64,000 nt of DNA from Phoronis australis (Eukaryota; Animalia; Phoronida), in assembly GCA_002633005.1 (NCBI GenBank), contig NMRA01000227.1:1-64000 (forward strand), in the 5' to 3' direction. A program made the position numbers and the translations under genes. Positions 1 to 12,388 of the stretch are shown piece by piece (the stretch's first letter is position 1; each line of letters begins with the position of its first letter). The notes beneath the pieces were generated by a model. That model saw nothing but the letters and a program-made list of their open reading frames with translations, searched no databases and was not told the origin of the DNA.

Positions 1-1284
1 GGCGAAGGCAACCTTTTTTCATGTCATTTTTAGCAAAAACCATGCTCGTTGATTATCCCAGACATTTTTCACTAAGTTACAGAGTTAATTACTCGTCGTT
101 TACTCCGGAAGTGACGTTTTGGGAGGCAAGAATTTCGCGTCAGTTTCTTTTCATATAGTCTGACTGTGAGAGCAGTCGAGTCGGTCATCGTTCTACCTCG
201 GTTGTGATAAGTTCGGTGGTCGTTTGCTTTTCCTTACAAGTCAGTCAACATGCCACGCTGTTGCTGCGTACTGGGGTGTACTCATCGTCTCGTGTTCAGA
301 GGAAGAACTGTCCCACTTGCCCGAGTGTTCCGCGACACACTCCCACTGGATGGTGATCTGAGCACCCAAACTGCTTACATCCTGCCGTGTGAGCCCCTCG
401 CCACACACCTGGCACCTTATAAATAGCTCCAATACAATTAGTCCACAATACACTTACCAAACTAAGGCTCACCGATCTGTTCACTGGATGACGAACTGTC
501 CTCTTCACTGGTTGTCGAACTGGGCCTGTATTCACTCCCACTACTCGACATCGCTGCAGGGCTGCTTACAGGCTCTGGGCTAGACAAAACAGCACAGGGA
601 GAATCACTGCTAGATCCCGGAATTGCAGGCAATGGGATACGTTTGGAGGCACGGGTGACAGTAGATGAAGAGCCTCCAGTCACTGTATATAGTGGCCACA
701 GCTCGCGAGGCTTCTCGCTTCAAAAACACTTCTCGGGGTTGGCGACGGGGCACTTCCGGAAATCAACAGCGACGGTATGGTACCCTTCTTCAGGCGTTGT
801 TTCGCAGGGCGTAATCTGACTGTAGAAAATGCTTGCCACACACTCAGTAACCCTCCACTGCTTTGTACGTTGCGTGGACGGGTAGCGCTGCGTTCTTAAC
901 ATGAACGAGCTAGCCAAGTACGGCGAAGTGTGTCATCCTTCGGAAAGCGATGCAAGGTACCCAATGCGCGTGTGAGACGATAATGAGTACATCCCAGCAC
1001 GCAGCAACAGCGTGCCATGTTGACTGACTTGTAAACAAAAGCAAACGACCACCGAACTTATCACAACCTAGGTAGAACGATGACTGACTCGACAGCTCTC
1101 ACAGTCAGACTATAATGAAAAGAAATTGGCGTGAAACTCCTGCCTCCCAAAACGTCATTTCCGGAGTAGAGGACGAGAAATTAATCAAATTACGAAAAGC
1201 TGTAATTAAGTGAAAAATGGGTCTGGTATACTCAACCAACCTTATTTTCGCTAAAAGTGACATGAAAAAATTTTGCCTTTGCCT
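1..1284 (-). mobile_element. Non-autonomous Kolobok-like DNA transposon derivative with ~290-bp imperfect terminal inverted repeats and a THAP-domain remnant
   Basis: 1-~290 is the reverse complement of ~975-1284. The right end reads ...TTTGCCT followed by TTAA (1285-1288), matching Kolobok-type RR..YY termini with a TTAA target. The left terminus is cut by the window edge. Confidence 0.75.
296..1018 (-). pseudogene. Disrupted N-terminus of a THAP-containing (Kolobok-type) transposase
   Basis: From ATG at 1018: MARCCCVLGCTHYRLTRALGTLHRFPKDDTLRRTWLARS, then after a stop/frameshift RVCGKHFLQSDY (THAP C2CH signature), an acidic linker, and LFIRCQVCG..GAQITIQWECVAEHSGKWDSS. No DDE domain is present. 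Confidence 0.7.
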
Positions 1285-1809
1285 TTAAAGTCCCTGAAAA
1301 TTTGTAAGGTAGCTCATATATGAACCAACAAGATTCTGGTAATGCATCTTGAAAAGTTCTCCGCAACTGCCTTATGTCAAAAGTGGCTTAACCTTTGGAG
1401 CATTCTTGCGGCTAGTGGTCTCTTTCTTTGTTGGGTAGAACTGAGTTTTTCTGCTTCAGGTCATGTTTAGCTTGGCACATTAAGTATTTTGGGGGAAGGC
1501 GAAGCCAAGTTGTTGACCCTGTTCTCCAGCAGTGATGAACTTCTATGTCTTTCTAAGCCTTAGAAATCACTTCTAGTCTGAATAAGAAGCAAATAGTGGG
1601 CAACCTATGGTTAGAGGATGGAATGGGATGCCCTTAAATTGAAACATTTTGTTGTGCAATTGAGTACTTTAATACAGTGCTCAGTAAAAAAACATGAGTA
1701 CTTGACCTCTGTTGTGATTTTGTGCTAGTATAGGTCTTGGGTTTAGTTTTGCTATCATTAACTTGTTCCCATCATCGCCCCAGTGTGTGCTGGTGTGTCA
1801 ACTGTCTTA

Positions 1810-2610
1810 AAAACGTGCGCCCTCTGGTGTCGAAATCTACTCAATGTATTTTAACAATTCAGAGAGGTTGCAGTCACTGATATGCAAAAGTTGTCTTTGT
1901 TAAAATTCACACATAACACATAGTTCTGAAAGTACTGGAAGCCTATTGTTTTTCGTCATATTCGGATCCAAGATGGCGGCTGTGGCGGCCATTTTGTTTT
2001 CATTTAAAGGTTCAAATGCTTCTGGAGGCTACAATTTTTTACGTACAGAGCTAAGAATCGGCACAGTAAATGGACCGGAAGTGTGCTACAAGTATACGGA
2101 AATTGTTTACTTGTCTTCCGGTTAAATATGGCGGAAATATCGGCGATCGCGCATGCGCACCTTGATTTTGACCTAAAAATGTTTTCTCCTGTAGAGGGCG
2201 CATTATAGGACCAATTCCTTCGAAGTTTTACAGGTATTAGTTTCTTATGACATGCTATTATTATACAGAGAAAAAAAAATGGAAGTTGCTTTTAAGATGG
2301 CGTATGTGGCGCATGTTGACCCATTTTCAGACGTGCGGGGGCGCGATTTTAAACGGGAAGAGAAAAAGACGTGTGATTTTTTGCATGTGGATTCTTTGAA
2401 GTATATTCTTTCAAATGACCTGGAACATTGTTTCTCAGACTTACGTTTTCGAGTTATTTGACTTTGAATTTCTTAAAAAAAACCCAAAATTTCATTTTCT
2501 TTTTCGAAAAAATTACGGAATTAGGCGATACCATCAGTTTAGGATGCCTACTTTTCGAGTTATTTGAGATTTTCTGATAACGCTGTTCCTTTGTTGAGCG
2601 CTCTTGCTAC
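1810..2610 (-). repeat. Probable interspersed repeat rich in YY1/ETS/NRF1-like motifs
   Basis: CAAGATGGCGGC (~1969), ACCGGAAGTG (~2073), AATATGGCGG (~2125), GCGCATGCGC (~2150). The right boundary TTGAGCGCTCTTG recurs at ~6036. Confidence 0.35.
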
Positions 2611-2935
2611 ATTGATGTTGGTTTAGCTTCTATTGAACTAGACTGTAGCCTATTTCTTATTGATTTATGACATCTAAGTTCGTCATATGAATGTTGTGAT
2701 GTTGTTCATCATCGCCACCACCATCGTCGTCTTCGTCATCATCTCCGTGGTTGTCTTTTCTGTTAATTTCGCCAAGTGTCGCTCAAGACTGTAGCTGTTT
2801 TCTTACTGATTTCGGTCTTCTACGTTCGTCATGTGTATGTTCTATTGTTCATCCTCGCCACCATCGTCGTCGTATTCGTCATCTTCGTCATCATCTTTAT
2901 TGTCATCTTTTGGTTAATTTCGCCAAGTGTCGCTC
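2610..2935. repeat. Diverged tandem duplication (~160 bp units) with (TCA/TCG)n-rich low complexity
   Basis: Two copies of GTTCATC.TCGCCACCA..GTCGT..TTCGTCATC...GTTAATTTCGCCAAGTGTCGCTC. Confidence 0.6.
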
Positions 2936-3246
2936 CTTGTGAAATTATTTGTCTGCATTGACATGGGATCTGATCTGAGTACAAAAATACCAGATTTCGG
3001 TTTGCATCTTGAAGGTTTGCGTTTGCTGGCATTTTTAAAAATTTGCATTAAGCAAAAGGTTCAATTTTCACCAAAGAAAAGTAGTTATCACCAAAGAAAA
3101 CTGAGGATGTCAGAATTTTGGGGGAAATGTGCCACAGAGGTCAATGGTTGACAGTCCTGTGCTGCCGGTCAGATGCACTGATGATGTTGAATTGGGCTTC
3201 CACCACTCAGTTTTTGAGATTTCAGTTAGGAAATTGATCAGTCTCT

Positions 3247-3430
3247 TGCCCATGTAGGTTTCAGGTCACTATTGCAGTCACTATTGCTCATGTAGGCTTC
3301 AAGTCACTATTGCAGTCACTATTGCCCATGTAGGTTTCAAGTCACTATTGCAGTCACTATTGCCCATGTAGGTTTCAAGTCACTATTGCAGTCACTATTG
3401 CCCATGTAGGTTTCAGGTCACTATTGCAGT
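3247..3430. repeat. Minisatellite, ~38-bp unit, ~5 copies
   Basis: Unit GCCCATGTAGGTTTCAAGTCACTATTGCAGTCACTATT. Confidence 0.9.
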
Positions 3431-4337
3431 CCATAAGGCTGCTATGTTGAATTTTCCCACTTGAAGAAGCTTTTGGTTTTGCATTTCAAGAAGGAGCTTA
3501 AAATTTCTTTGATATATTGTGCCACGGTGGGGAAGGCAGAAGTGCTAGTCGAATTCAATGACACTGACGTTGTTTTGAAGAAAACGGGTCAACTCAGAAA
3601 GAACCTTTACATGTTGTTTTTATTTTGTACCAAGATGTTATCCTTTGGAGGAGTTTTGGTCAATTTGGTTTATTTAACTAACTCTGAAAGACATTTTGTA
3701 CCTTTAGTCGATTTTTGTCGAAGTGAAACTAGTAAAATTTTGTATGGGAAATGTGATGTGGAGAAGTCGTACAGTGCCAATATTGTGTGTTTGGCAGGCT
3801 TAGTGGTTGTTTATTAGTTTAATTACCTGTTTCTGGCGCCATTGTTCAAGTCAAATGGAAATAGCTATGGGCCAAATAAGCATAGTTAGTTTGGGTTTGT
3901 GTTCTTTGAAAATCAGTCGGACGTATTTCTGTAGTTGCTCTTTTTCAAAAAAGAAAACTCACCTGAGACAAATAAAAATGATGTGGGATTTTTTTTACTA
4001 ATCACCAGGCAAATCGTGCGTTTGAAATTTTGAATCTTTGTTTACCCTTGCCTGCGTGCCTTTTTGTAGCCTGTCGAAAAGAAAAGAAAAACACCAGATC
4101 TTGCCTGAAATTGATGCAGCAGGCGTTATATTTTCTTGTTATTTTAGTCCATAAGGAAAGGGTAGAATTCAATAACGCTACGACCTCGCTAAAATCTAAC
4201 CGAAATCACGTGTTCTCATTTAAAATACACGACAACATTTCACGTAATCTCGCGAAGTCTTGCTATGTAGAAGTCCTAGCATTGCCGAACTCTACCCAGG
4301 TCTCTTAAATGAGTCTGATAGGGACCAGAACCAATCC

Positions 4338-5749
4338 TTTTTATGCGCCCTCAGTTTTGTGGATGCACATTGCCTTCATCACTGGGCATTTGGAGTCCGA
4401 AGCTGTAGCTCCTTAACCTCTTGTAGGATCTTAATGAGATTTGGCAGGTGTGTTCTATGAAGCTGGCGACGGATGACGACTTTTGGACTGATCCGACTAC
4501 CGCTATGCCCTCTAGTGGCAATTTTAGTCTTACGGTTACCTCTGTGTCTTTGTAATTCTTGGATGGATTTTCATAAAATTTGGCTAATCGGTTTCTATTA
4601 TGAAGGTGAAGCCACCTTTACATTCTTCAACGTCTTCGACTATTCTGTGGATGTTTTTTTTTAAAATTTGAGTTCGTGTTTTGGCGTCTGGCTTTCTATC
4701 TGCCAAACTGCTTAAAGGATCACGATGAAAATGGGCAGGCGTGTTTCTGGTGAGACCGCAGTTGACGTTGAATTTCGGGTGTGTTCGACTACTCTGGCGC
4801 AAACTAGTCGAGATTTTGATTCACAGCTGTATCTCCTTAACCCTTTGCTGGAACTTACTTTGTGAAATTTGGCAGATTTGTTTCTATGGAGTTGACAACA
4901 GTTGATGACTAGTTTCAGACCAGTCCGACGATTGGTGTGCCCCTAAGTGGCAATTTTATATTTCTCGTTTTCCTGTGTATCTTGGGATCTTTGTGAAATT
5001 TGCTAGACGTGTTCGTGTGGAGCTGACAACATTTTATTACTAGAACTACCACTGTGCCCCCTTGTGGTAGTTATAGTTGTTTACGTTTGCCTTACCCTCG
5101 GACACAGAGCCACCTATACTGAAAAGTAACAAGTAGCAATGTGAAAGTACTTTTCGGAGTTCATCGATTGATTTTCGAGAAATTTGGCAAATAGTTTTCT
5201 GTTAAGGAGATGACAATAGTATTACATTTTCGTATGGATATGATGTATTTTTGTATCGCTTAGTGGCTATTTTTATTTCTTCAAGGGCGTTTTTTGTTCC
5301 TTATAAGAAGACGTTGATTTGTGGACGGATTTGACAACTGACGGTTCCTGGTAACGATTTTTGTCCGGTTTGCTTTCTCGGCTGTAGCTCCTAACTCCTT
5401 TGAAGGGTCTTAGTGAAAACTTGCAAGATTTATATTAAAAATGTGACTACGACTTTTGTATGTTCTTGACTACCGCTGTACCTTCGAGTGCCAATTTTTG
5501 TTTTTACGTTTGCATCTTATCTTCAGAGTTCGTTGACATTGTTTATTAAAATGTGGTAAACAAGTTTCTGTTATGATGTTTATTAAAATGTGGTAAACAA
5601 GTTTCTGTTATGATGGCATAACATCTTTCCATTTTGAAATGGATATGACTTATTCCGGGCCACCTAGTGTCCATTTTTTACACTAATTATCCCTAGAAGC
5701 ACACTGTTTGCGTTGCTGTCGTGGGCGCATTTCAACGTTGCTCTTGTTT
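4338..5749 (-). mobile_element. HINE-like (Helentron-associated non-autonomous) element, family A, diverged copy
   Basis: On the - strand it starts AAACAAGAGCAACGTTGAAATGCGCCCAC and ends GCATCCACAAAACTGAGGGCGCATAAAAA. It shares the ends and internal ~145-bp repeats of the copies at 35855 and 48528. Confidence 0.7.
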
Positions 5750-7882
5750 GGCATTTAAGACGGGACTGAAAATCAGTCGTTTCGGTTACTGGGCATATTT
5801 ATTGGAAGGAAAAAGCGAGAGAACACAGTTTATGCCTTGGTTACTGTGTATTCGACGATTATCACCGATTCGTAATTAAGTTCTAGAACGCCATGATTTT
5901 CTAAGCGATAAATTAAAAAAAACAAATCCCGCATCATTTTTGCTTTCTCTGTGGATTTTTTTTATGAGAAAATGATCAACTGAAAGGAATACCGCACTAC
6001 CTACTCAATTTTCACAAAAAACAGACATGCCCGAGTTGAGCGCTCTTGTCCAAAATTCGGATCCTTGCTTTTCTTGTAAAGGCCTTTTTAGCGTCAACCA
6101 TTGCTCGCATGGCGTGTTCTTTCTAAGCATGCAACAATAAAAAATTACCTAAACGGGTCGACAAAAGGCCCGCATCTTTGCTCTATATTTCCTTTCATTC
6201 AGCGTAATGGATAGCCGACCAAGGCTTCATTCAATATCTACTCAGACGTGGTTGCTAAATGCCAGTGAGTACAGAATCAAACCATTTTCTATTGTTGTTT
6301 GGATAGTAAGGTAACCAAGTACTTGCTTTGCTACTGAAGGTAAACAAAGCGATTTCTCACCCCGTTAAGGTGTTGAATTGATGTCCTTGTCCCTCTATCA
6401 GAGTTATATAAGTTCTCGTGACTTGCACGGCAATCTTGCTTGACCATGGCTGTTGTCATATATCCAACTATTTCCAATTTAATATGAGGTATTCAGTTCA
6501 CAGCCACATTCTGCGAGAACACATGCTGGCGCTCGCTCTTTTGTCCGGAAGATCGCATTTAATTGAGACTTGCATTGTTACTGTCTCTTGGTTAATTGTA
6601 ATGTCCAGAATAACTTAAAATTGTTTTGATTTTTTTTCTGAAATGGATTGTGGATAGTTCGTTAAATTTGAGAAATTCAACCAGTTCTGATCATATGCTA
6701 CCTTGTTGAATACGTTTGCCCATTTGTGATACTCGGGTATTTCTGGACTTGACAGTTTTGGAAATGGACCAAAGGTGTGAAGTCTTCGTGCTTAAGGAGA
6801 CTTCTAAGACAATGGAAAGATATATGTGTGTTAGTTGCGGGTGAAATGAGAAAAGACCATGGCAATATGTTGTATGAACGGGACAGTCAACCAAATGACA
6901 CAAGGTGGAAATATTCTGAGTACTTAATCTTCCCGCTCGCAATTATGTGTTTCTTGGTGTTTCCATGTTTGCTATCTTCTTGTACACCGAAGTAGTTTAC
7001 CCTTGAAGTGTACACTTGCTTATACCAGTCTGCCGTTTACTGAACCAACCCCATCAATTTTACGCCTATTTCCTCAAGTGTCTTAGTTATAACCAGTCTC
7101 GTTTGCTCGTATGTCTTCGTGAAAGTCTGCAATAGCATGGCTTCATATTCTGGGTTTTAAGGGCTCGTGTATAACAGGTCATGTTTGTGTAATAGAGAGA
7201 ACAGTACGCACGTTGCTGTTTCATGACAAATTCAAAATACTCCCGAGACGCTCGTCACAAAGGATGTGGGTACAGTTTTGTATAAGTAAGTGATAATGTG
7301 TATTACTTGGTATATATGAAGGTTACTGTGAAGCTCATTCGTTTTATATTCCTCAGAATTTCACCTGTGACCACAGTTTGTGGTGTGATGACTCGACTGA
7401 TCTTCCTGGAAACTACTGTAAGTACTATTTATTCAGGTCTGCGGCCATTACGTAGTCTCAGTGTTTCTTGCTGGTTGTTGGGATTAGTATAGGACTTGGG
7501 GAGCTCTGAACTAAGCACTGTCGAAACTTAAGTTGTGAATTGAAACATTTTCGCCGGCCTGTTTGTGGTTGTGTGGAGGGCACTCCAGCCAGCATTTCGA
7601 GCAGGGATGATGGCGACCACACGTCTACTCTCGGTTGTACTTAGGAATTGAGTTTCACTTGTGTTATTCGTAATTCTGTGACATCAAAGGTTCCTAGCTA
7701 TTGTGATGTGATTTCGATTCACCTGCTGCTTTGGCACAACTTTTTTCTGGTATTAATAATAATTACAAGCGATCATTCCCACGGAAAATGTTTCTAGCTT
7801 GTAACAAAGGTAAAGTCTTTCTCATGGAAGAGTTAAACTGCTAGAATGTATTCATGAAAACAAAAATAAAATTTATGATTAT

Positions 7883-8125
7883 CAGGGCTTGGAATTTTCC
7901 TCATTAAAGAAGATTCCCCTTTTTGGATTCGATTTCCTGGTATTTAATTTCCAGTTTTCTCTTTTTGCCCCCTTTTATCATTATTTTCACTTTATTCATG
8001 CAAAAACTTTATTTCACTTAAATTGTTCAACAGAAATATTTTTATCACACACGCCTATTTATCTGTGGAGCGACATATCACCTGGGAAATTTTCCTCTTT
8101 TTGTCATTGGTCATTCCAAGCGCTG
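7883..8125 (+). mobile_element. hAT-like MITE with 6-bp TSD (family B)
   Basis: TIRs CAGGGCTTGGAAT / ATTCCAAGCGCTG, flanked by GATTAT on both sides (7877-7882, 8126-8131). Confidence 0.8.
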
Positions 8126-8834
8126 GATTATGCTCTAGTGGTGCTGTTGAACGATTGGGAAATTTCTGGGTCTGGGGACCAGTCGCAACTAATGGAATTG
8201 TAGACGTGTTTGTTTAAACTTCATAGAGTGTTATGTAATCTTGATTCCTCAGTTGTGAAATATTTATATTATACTACGCATCTAAAAGACAGCTTGTGTA
8301 TTGCTGACTAGTGTGAATAGCACTCCAATGAACTTGTTTGTTTGTTTGTTTGTTGTACTTTGGGCCGATGGCCATCTGTACAAATAAATAAAGGAAGGAA
8401 ATTGTAGCCATCCGACTTACGGAAATACCCATGTCTTGGTCTGTAGTCATTGTTTGCCTATCTGTCAAGGTGTAAATCGCTTAACACTTGCCAGTCCTTT
8501 GTGAACATGTTCCAAGGTAACCAAATTCGTGATGGGTGTCACTCCTTTGTTTCAGGACAAATGAAATACATGTGGCATCATGGTGGTGGTGATGAAGACG
8601 GTTGCTAAGAGTAATTGAGACTTCCAATGACTGGGAGAGTGTTATAGTAAAGATCTGTTAACAGCTGTGTGTGAAGAAGTCAGCAGATGGACTAACCTCA
8701 TTTGTATTCATTGTCAAGTCCTAAGATTGACGTCGCTGGCGGTGCTGTGTCTTGTTGGGTATTGTCAAAATAAATTATTATTTCAAACCCAATCAATTCT
8801 TTTCATTGAGGGTGGAATATGTTTTTTCTATTTT

Positions 8835-9050
8835 TTTTAGTATGAGCACAGCCCCAGAAATCGCTTTCGCATTATATCCAGGTTATCATTCACTCTCTTG
8901 CACACATTCACTAGTAAGACTGAGCTCAGAGCAATAGGAGACACTTTGTGCAATGCTCGAATGTCAGCCAGTGAAGCCAGGATTTGAACCCAAGTCTCCC
9001 AGTATTGGTATCCGAGTGTTTTCTCATCTTTCTCTAGCGGTGGCGCTGGT
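8835..9050 (-). mobile_element. Possible decayed tRNA-derived SINE
   Basis: The - strand has a B-box-like GGTTCAAATCC (~8980-8990) and ends in an A-rich tail near 8835. The A box is unclear. Confidence 0.3.
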
Positions 9051-10337
9051 CACAGAAGTGTGTTTTTCAACCCAGTTGTGTTAAGTTCCGTTTCAGGTTT
9101 CTAAACGTGTTTTTTATTTGGTTGAAAATGTGACGCCCCGTTCAGTCATACATCATTGGAATTTATTGAATCGTCTGGATTGCACCAGAAGTCACCGTGA
9201 AGTCTTAGACTGTGTAGTCTTTGGTAAAGGTCATTTATTCCAAGAGAAACGAAACCTGTTGTTGGCAAAAAGCAGATACAAATGAAAGTTTTTTTTTTTG
9301 AAATGCTAGTGAATTCGATTGCCTAACCGAACATTTCAGTTCAGGTAATGTCATCATGGGTTTAAAGTCGACATAACTAGTGAAGAACCTTCATGAAATT
9401 TCTGAATACTTTTTATTCCGCTTTGATGTCCGCTAGGTAACGGCACTCACAAAGTAATTGTCTGAATATGTCATTACTTTCCAACTGAACAAGTCAACGC
9501 AGCAAAGAACAGGGTTTTCGGCTTGAACGAAGCCGACTGTGAGGCGGGGGCGGACGTGCTGCGTTGGGGGATTTGAAAATGAGGGGGCACAGTGGAGGTT
9601 TAAATGTTTGGTGAAGTCGAATTATTGTCGCGAATTTAAACTGCTGTGTGCCTGCCTGGAAGCATGCAGCACAAAATATTCTCGAGTGTTCGGCGCGCTG
9701 GGTTGTGACGTAGTGGACATGTAGTGCGAATACCACAGATTTTCATGAACAAATTGTCATTCTGGGACGACGCAAAATGTCTGTCTCCACGAACATTACA
9801 TCACACAAACACACGTACCCTGTGCATTTAGAAAAAAAAATTGTGCATAGCATCGCTGGCCGGTTAACTTCTGTGAAACGGCGGTATATCAAATTGGCAG
9901 CCCGACTCCGTCCAAAGAATTCTGCTCACGATCAGGCATATTGAACCGAGTCGTAAAAATACCCGGTACAGATGGTGGTGAATCCCCTTGGTCGGGGATG
10001 CAAACGGTTATTCACATTGAATTTTGCAAGATTTTCAGAAAATAAATCAGATTCACTTCTTGAAACAAGCGAAATATCAAAACTTTCATCTTGAAACAAG
10101 CGAAATATCAAAACTTTCATCTCGATACAGATTTCACTTAGTTATACGTCCCCACATGCTACTATGTGCTCATACAAGTCAGATTGCGCTGCTTGAAATC
10201 GCCCTTGTTATGTTTACTAAGGTCCAATGTCGCATTTTCAATATAAAGGAAATGTGATACGTTTATGTCTGGCATACCATGTAGGCCGGGAAAGCGGGCC
10301 GGGTGTTTTAGTTGCACGGCAAAATCGACACGAACTG

Positions 10338-11343
10338 CATAGGCGGATTTAGGGGGGGACCCAGGTGGCCCGCCCCCCCCCCTTGGCTGCCGCAAAAAAT
10401 AAAACAGTAAGAGCGTAGGGAAATGTTGAGTTTATTAATTAACACCAGTAATTAAAATTATACGGATGATAACAGATTTAAATGTGCAGTTTAAGTGTTG
10501 GAGGGGGGGGGGCTGAAATCAAATTTCAAGTGTCAAATTCGGAACACGGCGTATTCGTAATGGAACTATGGCTAAGTATAGGCTCTCCCACGATATCCCA
10601 GGCGACCGGCAGTGGCGCTGCATACTACGACTCCGTTTCCGTCGTCTGCTCCACTGTGCCATGAAGAAAATTTACTTCGTTTTTTAAAGAAATGGAGCCT
10701 GAGTGACGATTAAAAAACAGAAGCTGCTGGTAAGATGTGAATTTTAATCGAAGTCTTAGTGAATCGCTCAGAAACTCGCAACACTCTCTTTGTCAAACCT
10801 TATCGGTTTCCAAAGCAATCCCGTCATTATTGCCAACACGAAAAACGGATTTGGTCTTTTGGGCATTTGAAGACTATTTTAAATACGACAAATTTGTTAA
10901 GAATTGATGGCACAAAATATAAAACGTGTAATAAGCATTACAAAAAGAAGTAGGTTTCGCGCGCAAACGCTGTGGACCATAAACAAGTAGGTCTCTTAGT
11001 AAACTTCTAGTAATTAAGTCGTGGTGGTGTAGTGGTTAAGCATGCGCGCTATATTCGCCAGGTAGTGAGTTCGAGTCTTTGGTACTTGTAGTTTTTCCTG
11101 TTTGACACGTTATCCTTTTTCTTGCCTTTTTTTTCTTGGATGATACTTCAGGAATCAAGGAAAATGCTTGTTTGTTAGAGGTAAAAACAGAAAACTTTCC
11201 TGGGGCGGGAGGGGGGCAAACCCCCCTCACGACCTCCCCCCATTCGGTGCTATGCGCATCTACAATTGTGGTTCAGTTTGCGCAAATGCTTACAGCCGTA
11301 CAAAATTTTGGGCCCCCCTTTTGATATCCTAGATCCGCCACTG
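10338..11343. mobile_element. hAT-like non-autonomous element with 5-bp TSD (family C, long copy)
   Basis: TIRs CATAGGCGGATTTAG / CTAGATCCGCCACTG, TSD AACTG on both sides, G/C-run subterminal motifs. Confidence 0.8.
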
Positions 11344-12388
11344 AACTGCATGTTGGATTTTTTCGAAATTTCAAACTAAAGGAAAATGCTTAATGTCTTG
11401 ACACTCGTAGTAATACAGCGCCTATATCTTGATTCAACCCATGCTTTCAAGAACGATTGGAAGCTGCGGTGACTAGTCAATCTGGTCGGCGGTGGCTGTT
11501 CGCCGCGACTTTTGCAGAACGTTTACCGGCCGGCAACAAGTTGCTAGCGTCGACGCTAAATGACCTTTGTGATCCAAACACATTTACAACAAAATGCCAA
11601 CAGCGGCAGGCACACACTGTCGGCGTACGATGGCCGGTAGGTGTCGTTCCATTCATCCTGGTGACGGTTGTTAAGAAAAAGGCATCAAATATGGCGTCTT
11701 GCAGGTAATAATAGGTAAGCAATCGATTTGTTGGTGACGTTCGATGACATTGAATATGTTATTATTTGTTATCGATTACGTTTTCATTTCAAGACTGTTG
11801 TTAAGAACAATGTAGGGCTCATTACCGTAAACGAAATTCTGTGCCTCATAAAAATTAAACTGTCTTACAGGTGCGCTTGCGATTGACTAATCAGTCAAAC
11901 CATAGCTCCGCAGCATTCCCCGTTGTGTTTATTTTCCCACGCAATTCAGTTTTGCCACCAGACTCTGGCGGCCGTGAATTACGGCACCGCAACCGTGATT
12001 TACTGACCGAGCAGAGGGGCATTTTGTTGAAAAGTTACGTTTCACTCACTGACTGATGTGATAGATTCAGTGCCCCGCAGCAACTGAGGGCCCAACTAAG
12101 CTGTGTCAATGACCAAAAAACCCCCGAAACGTCGTTTTAGGGTCTTCATGCGCGCAGATCGTACGCGAAAATGGCGACTCGCCCTAACTGCCTCGCGCGG
12201 TACCCTCCGTCCATCGTTTATTGTATGGGTTTACTATAGTAGGCCTGAGATCAATCGAAAGACGGAAACCGTATGCTGTTGGCTGCGAGTATAGCCCCTT
12301 CTTCTGAGCGTATCTGCTTTTAGTGCCGTTTTTATACCAGTGACTTATTATTCACAGTCCTATATATGCTTTTATTCGACGTTTCCTC

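Noticed and set aside
2776-2961. Hydrophobic membrane-peptide ORF
   Set aside because: It arises from a (TCA/TCG)n low-complexity duplicated segment and has no splice or start context.
11018-11085. Functional tRNA gene
   Set aside because: Only A/B boxes and part of the D arm are recognisable; no proper cloverleaf forms.
11691-11880. Coding first exon ATGGCGTCTTGCAG|GT of the NHL gene
   Set aside because: I could not link it in frame to 14227; it may be a 5' UTR exon, but the sequence alone does not support a call.
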